From the NCBI GenBank assembly GCA_963778555.1, contig CAVZUR010000002.1, positions 37,817 through 101,816 of the forward strand: a stretch of 64,000 bases of DNA. The letters run 5' to 3'. The stretch is from Candidatus Moraniibacteriota bacterium. Lineage in GTDB: Bacteria > Patescibacteriota > Minisyncoccia > Moranbacterales > UBA1568. The notes under the pieces are model-generated. The model saw only the letters and a list, made by a program, of their open reading frames with translations. It ran no database searches and was not told where the DNA came from. Numbering within the stretch: the first letter of the stretch is position 1; every line of letters starts with the position of its first letter. The position numbers and the translations under genes were made by a program. Positions 60,829 through 64,000 of the stretch are shown piece by piece.

Positions 60829-60872
60829 GTTTTCGCTTGTGAGAGTCCGCCCGGGAAAGGTATACTGGACGT

Positions 60873-61310
60873 ATGCAAAAGATAGTCATGTATACCGATG
60901 GCGGTTCGCGCGGCAATCCCGGACCGGCGGCGCTTGGTGTGTATCTGGAGACGCTCGAGAAGCGCTACGGTGAGTTTCTCGGTGTCCGAACGAACAATGA
61001 AGCGGAGTACGCGGCTATCGTTTTTGGCCTGAAGAAGACGAAATCGCTTTTGGGAAAAGCGAAGGCAAAAGTGGCCGCGCTCGAATGCCGGATGGATTCG
61101 GAGCTCGCCTGCCGCCAATTGAACCATGAGTACAAGATTGAAAATTCGAAACTGCAGCCGCTTTTCCTGGAGGTGTGGAATCTGATGCTTGATTTCCATT
61201 CGGTCACATTCGTCCATGTGCCGCGGGAAAAAAATACGGTCGCGGATGCCGAGGCGAACCGGGCGATGGATGAGGCGGCGCGCCAGGTAGCGGGGAGACT
61301 TTTTTCATAA
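60873..61310 (+). CDS. rnhA: ribonuclease HI
   Basis: 'MYTDGGSRGNPGPAA' and 'NNEAEYAA...DAEANRAMDEA'. Confidence 0.85.
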   Translation: MQKIVMYTDGGSRGNPGPAALGVYLETLEKRYGEFLGVRTNNEAEYAAIVFGLKKTKSLLGKAKAKVAALECRMDSELACRQLNHEYKIENSKLQPLFLEVWNLMLDFHSVTFVHVPREKNTVADAEANRAMDEAARQVAGRLFS

Positions 61311-62317
61311 TGACGGATATGAAACTCAAAACAAAATTGTGGCTGGGGATACTCCTCATCATCGGTGTCTTATTTGGCTGGTACTGGGCAACTCGTCCGG
61401 ACCCATTCGCGGACCGGGTGACGGAAACAGTGACGCGTCTTGATGTCTCGGAAACGGTGAGTGTTTCGGGAGAGCTCGTACCAGCGGCTTACGCCGACCT
61501 ATCATTTCAGACGATCGGAACGGTCGAAGAGGTTTTTGTTACCGAAGAAGAAGCTGTCAAAGCGAATGACATTCTCGCTGTCCTTGACCGATCGATTCTC
61601 CAGTCGCAGCTTTCAGCGGCCCGTATTGACCAGACGATTGTCGAAGAGAATGAGAAGCTCGCCCGGCGCGGCTGGGACGATTTGAAGCCGGAGGAGCGAT
61701 CAGTCAAAAAACTCGCCAGCGAAGCCGCGCGTGAGGACGTGCGAACAGTCAATGCACAGTTGGAAAAATCAGTGATTCGTGCTCCTTTTGACGGGAAGGT
61801 TTCTCGCGTGAATCTGCGCTCGGGAGAGACAGCCGTTGTTGGATCCCCAGTCTTCCGGGTAGTCGGGGATGCGCATCTGATCGTCGAGGCGCGCGTGCCC
61901 GAATCGGATATCGTGAAGCTTTCTCTCGGCATGGATGCGGAAGTGACCTTTGACGCACTCCTTCCGACCGACATGTTTCGGGCCACGGTAGCGGCAATTG
62001 ATCCCGTCGCTACGATTGTCCAGGGCGTCGTCTCGTACGTCGTTTCTTTTGAAGTCGCCGATCTTGATCAGCGGTTGAAGGATGGGATGTCGGCCGATAT
62101 CGACATCGTGACCGCAAAGCGCGACCATGTCCTGGCCGTGCCGTTTCGTGCGCTCATCGCGCGCGGAGAAAAAACTTTCGCCACCCGTTTGCTCACGGAT
62201 GGTACGACGGAGGATATCGAAGTAAAGACTGGCCTGGAGGGAGATGATGGAACGGTCGAGATCCTCTCTGGACTCACGGACGGTGACGTCGTTATTGTGA
62301 GTGCCGTTTCAGAATAA
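61310..62317 (+). CDS. efflux transporter periplasmic adaptor subunit (HlyD/MacA family)
   Basis: N-terminal TM, coiled coil, lipoyl and beta-barrel motifs. Start and stop overlap the neighbouring genes (TAATG). Confidence 0.8.
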   Translation: MTDMKLKTKLWLGILLIIGVLFGWYWATRPDPFADRVTETVTRLDVSETVSVSGELVPAAYADLSFQTIGTVEEVFVTEEEAVKANDILAVLDRSILQSQLSAARIDQTIVEENEKLARRGWDDLKPEERSVKKLASEAAREDVRTVNAQLEKSVIRAPFDGKVSRVNLRSGETAVVGSPVFRVVGDAHLIVEARVPESDIVKLSLGMDAEVTFDALLPTDMFRATVAAIDPVATIVQGVVSYVVSFEVADLDQRLKDGMSADIDIVTAKRDHVLAVPFRALIARGEKTFATRLLTDGTTEDIEVKTGLEGDDGTVEILSGLTDGDVVIVSAVSE

Positions 62318-63054
62318 TGCTAGCCACGAACGCTGTGCTCATTACTGCCGAACAGCTGGCCAAGGTGTATGACAATGAGGGCGTGAAGACGGTCGCTCTT
62401 GAAGGTGCCTCGTTTACGATCGACCGGGGCGAATTTGTTTCCATTATGGGTCCATCGGGTTCGGGAAAGTCCACTCTGATGCAGGTGCTCGGTTTGCTCG
62501 ACCGTCCCACCGGCGGACGCTATCTCTTAGAGGGCACCGATGTCGCGACGCTGTCCGATGACGCACTGGCAGAACTACGCAACAAACGGATCGGTTTCGT
62601 CTTTCAGTCTTTCAATCTGCTGCCCAAGACGAGCGTCTTTGAAAATGTCGAACTGCCGCTCCTGTACGCGGCTGCTGTTTCAGAAGATAATCACGCGAAA
62701 ATCCGCGCCGCGCTGGAGTCGGTCGGTATGCTCCACCGCATGGAGTATCTTTCGAACCAGCTTTCGGGCGGCGAGAAACAGCGGGTCGCCATCGCTCGAG
62801 CACTCGTAAATGATCCTGAGATCATCTTCGCAGACGAGCCGACTGGCAATCTTGATTCGAAATCCGGATTGCAGGTCATGCGTATTCTCCAGGACCTGAA
62901 CGCAGCTGGCCGAACGATTATCGTCGTGACGCACGAGCGGGAGACGGCTGAGCATGCGATGCGCATACTCCGCATGCACGACGGGCATATCGTTGGGGAC
63001 GATCCGGTGATTGATCGCAAGAATGCGTATGCTGTCGGGGAGCGGCTGAAATAA
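62317..63054 (+). CDS. ABC transporter ATP-binding protein (MacB/LolD-type)
   Basis: 'GPSGSGKST', 'LSGGEKQR' and '[11 protein letters not shown]'. Confidence 0.9.
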   Translation: MLATNAVLITAEQLAKVYDNEGVKTVALEGASFTIDRGEFVSIMGPSGSGKSTLMQVLGLLDRPTGGRYLLEGTDVATLSDDALAELRNKRIGFVFQSFNLLPKTSVFENVELPLLYAAAVSEDNHAKIRAALESVGMLHRMEYLSNQLSGGEKQRVAIARALVNDPEIIFADEPTGNLDSKSGLQVMRILQDLNAAGRTIIVVTHERETAEHAMRILRMHDGHIVGDDPVIDRKNAYAVGERLK

Positions 63055-63067
63055 GATTCTCCGTCGT

Positions 63068-64000
63068 ATGAAGTTCTCCGATCCCGTCAAAATCGTCTAC
63101 CGCTCGCTGCAGACGGCACGTCTCCGGTTTCTTCTGACGGTACTCGGCGTGGTCATCGGGGTGGCCGCTGTGATTTTGGTCATGGGAATCGGGGCGAGCG
63201 CGCAACGCCTGGTGCTTTCACAGGTAGAAAGTATCGGCTCGAATCTCATCGGAATCCTCCCCGGCGCAGCGGCGGAAGACGGCCCGCCCGCCGCCGCCTT
63301 GGGCATAGTCACGACGACTCTGACGAATGATGATCTCACGGCGCTGCGCGACCGGCGAAACGTTCCCCATCTGATTGCCGTGTCGGGTTATGTGACCGGA
63401 TCAGCCACAGTCGCCTCGAAGCATGAATCGATCGAGTCAACCTTCCAGGGCGTTTCGCCGGCGATGGCGTCCATCGAGAATATCCAGGTTTCAGCCGGGC
63501 GGTTTTTCCAACTTGAGGAAGAGACCGATCTCTCCCGTGTCGCGGTGCTCGGTGCTGGTCGCGCTAAGGATCTCTTCCCTAATCGCAGTCCGGTAGGGGA
63601 AACCATCGAAGTCAAAGGCATCCCTTTCAAGGTAGTCGGCGTTCTCGCCGCGCGCGGCAGTGCAGCCTTTTCTAATCCCGATGTTGTCGTCTATGTGCCG
63701 CTAGAAACGGCGCAAAAGCTCCTGCTGGGTATCAACTACCTGAATTTTACTCGTGGAAAAGTGGACGCGCCAGAGAACATCAATCCGTCGCTCGCTGCCG
63801 TCGAGCGGGTACTGCGTGAGCGCCATGACCTCAAGGGAGGCGAGGAGTCTGATTTCTCCGTTCGAAGCACAGCCGCCGCACTGGGCATACTCACGAAGGT
63901 AACAGATATTCTCAGTTATTTCCTCCTCGCTATCGCCGCTCTTTCACTCCTGGTTGGTGGCATCGGTATCATGAATTCCATGCTAATCTCGGTTTCTCAG
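63068..64000 (+). CDS. ABC transporter permease, MacB/FtsX-like (3' partial, continues beyond window)
   Basis: The reading frame is open from ATG 63068 to the window end. It encodes an N-terminal TM followed by a MacB periplasmic domain. Confidence 0.75.
   Translation, partial: MKFSDPVKIVYRSLQTARLRFLLTVLGVVIGVAAVILVMGIGASAQRLVLSQVESIGSNLIGILPGAAAEDGPPAAALGIVTTTLTNDDLTALRDRRNVPHLIAVSGYVTGSATVASKHESIESTFQGVSPAMASIENIQVSAGRFFQLEEETDLSRVAVLGAGRAKDLFPNRSPVGETIEVKGIPFKVVGVLAARGSAAFSNPDVVVYVPLETAQKLLLGINYLNFTRGKVDAPENINPSLAAVERVLRERHDLKGGEESDFSVRSTAAALGILTKVTDILSYFLLAIAALSLLVGGIGIMNSMLISVSQ

Noticed and set aside
1-64000. CRISPR arrays, tRNA/rRNA genes, transposases/integrases/phage genes
   Set aside because: No regularly spaced direct repeats, no tRNA cloverleaf or T-loop (GTTCGA) candidates in the intergenic regions, and no IS, integrase or phage-like ORFs were seen.

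Overview
This is a high-GC (~60%) bacterial chromosomal segment, almost entirely coding and mostly on the + strand. The gene content is housekeeping: a type IV pilus locus, the dcw cell-division cluster, a dTDP-rhamnose cluster, DNA repair genes and several typical translation/housekeeping genes. The small-genome style and domains such as DUF4012, a DUF2177 membrane protein and a truncated UvrC suggest a Patescibacteria/CPR-like organism, but that is inference only.

Genes identified, in order:
- ABC transporter modules: ybbA/ybbP-like ABC ATPase and FtsX permease followed by a tesA-like SGNH hydrolase; a macA/lolD-like ATPase/macB-like permease module at the 3' end.
- A PQQ-type sugar dehydrogenase (frameshifted), an SDR oxidoreductase, malic enzyme and a DEAD-box helicase.
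- A C39-like peptidase, a Cas4-like PD-(D/E)XK nuclease, uvrC (no HhH domain) and uvrA.
- A pilus locus: pilC, two prepilin-like genes, a pilX-like gene, pilM, pilN and pilO.
- rlmN, miaB, xth, rarA and pepA.
- The dcw block mraZ-rsmH-ftsL-ftsI-murF, then a KH-domain protein.
- A dTDP-rhamnose and cell-envelope block: rfbC, rfbB, a low-GC membrane gene, rfbD, glyA, rfbA, galU, a GT4 glycosyltransferase, a DUF4012 protein and murJ.
- lepA, trxA, yjbQ, mltG, dnaJ (with a perfect CIRCE operator), an orphan response regulator, recJ and rnhA.

The most striking pattern is at least 11 genes broken by single indels. Six consecutive pilus-locus genes are affected. Several indels sit in homopolymers (C3, G3, T7) or 4-bp tandem repeats (CTGA x2, CGCT x3). 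This points either to assembly indel errors or to real gene decay or slipped-strand variation.

Other points worth a second look:
- Two minus-strand orphan small genes with canonical expression signals.
- A 1-kb low-GC insertion inside the rfb cluster.
- MraZ-box repeats upstream of mraZ.
- Two candidate small RNAs.

No tRNA, rRNA, CRISPR array or obvious mobile element was found.
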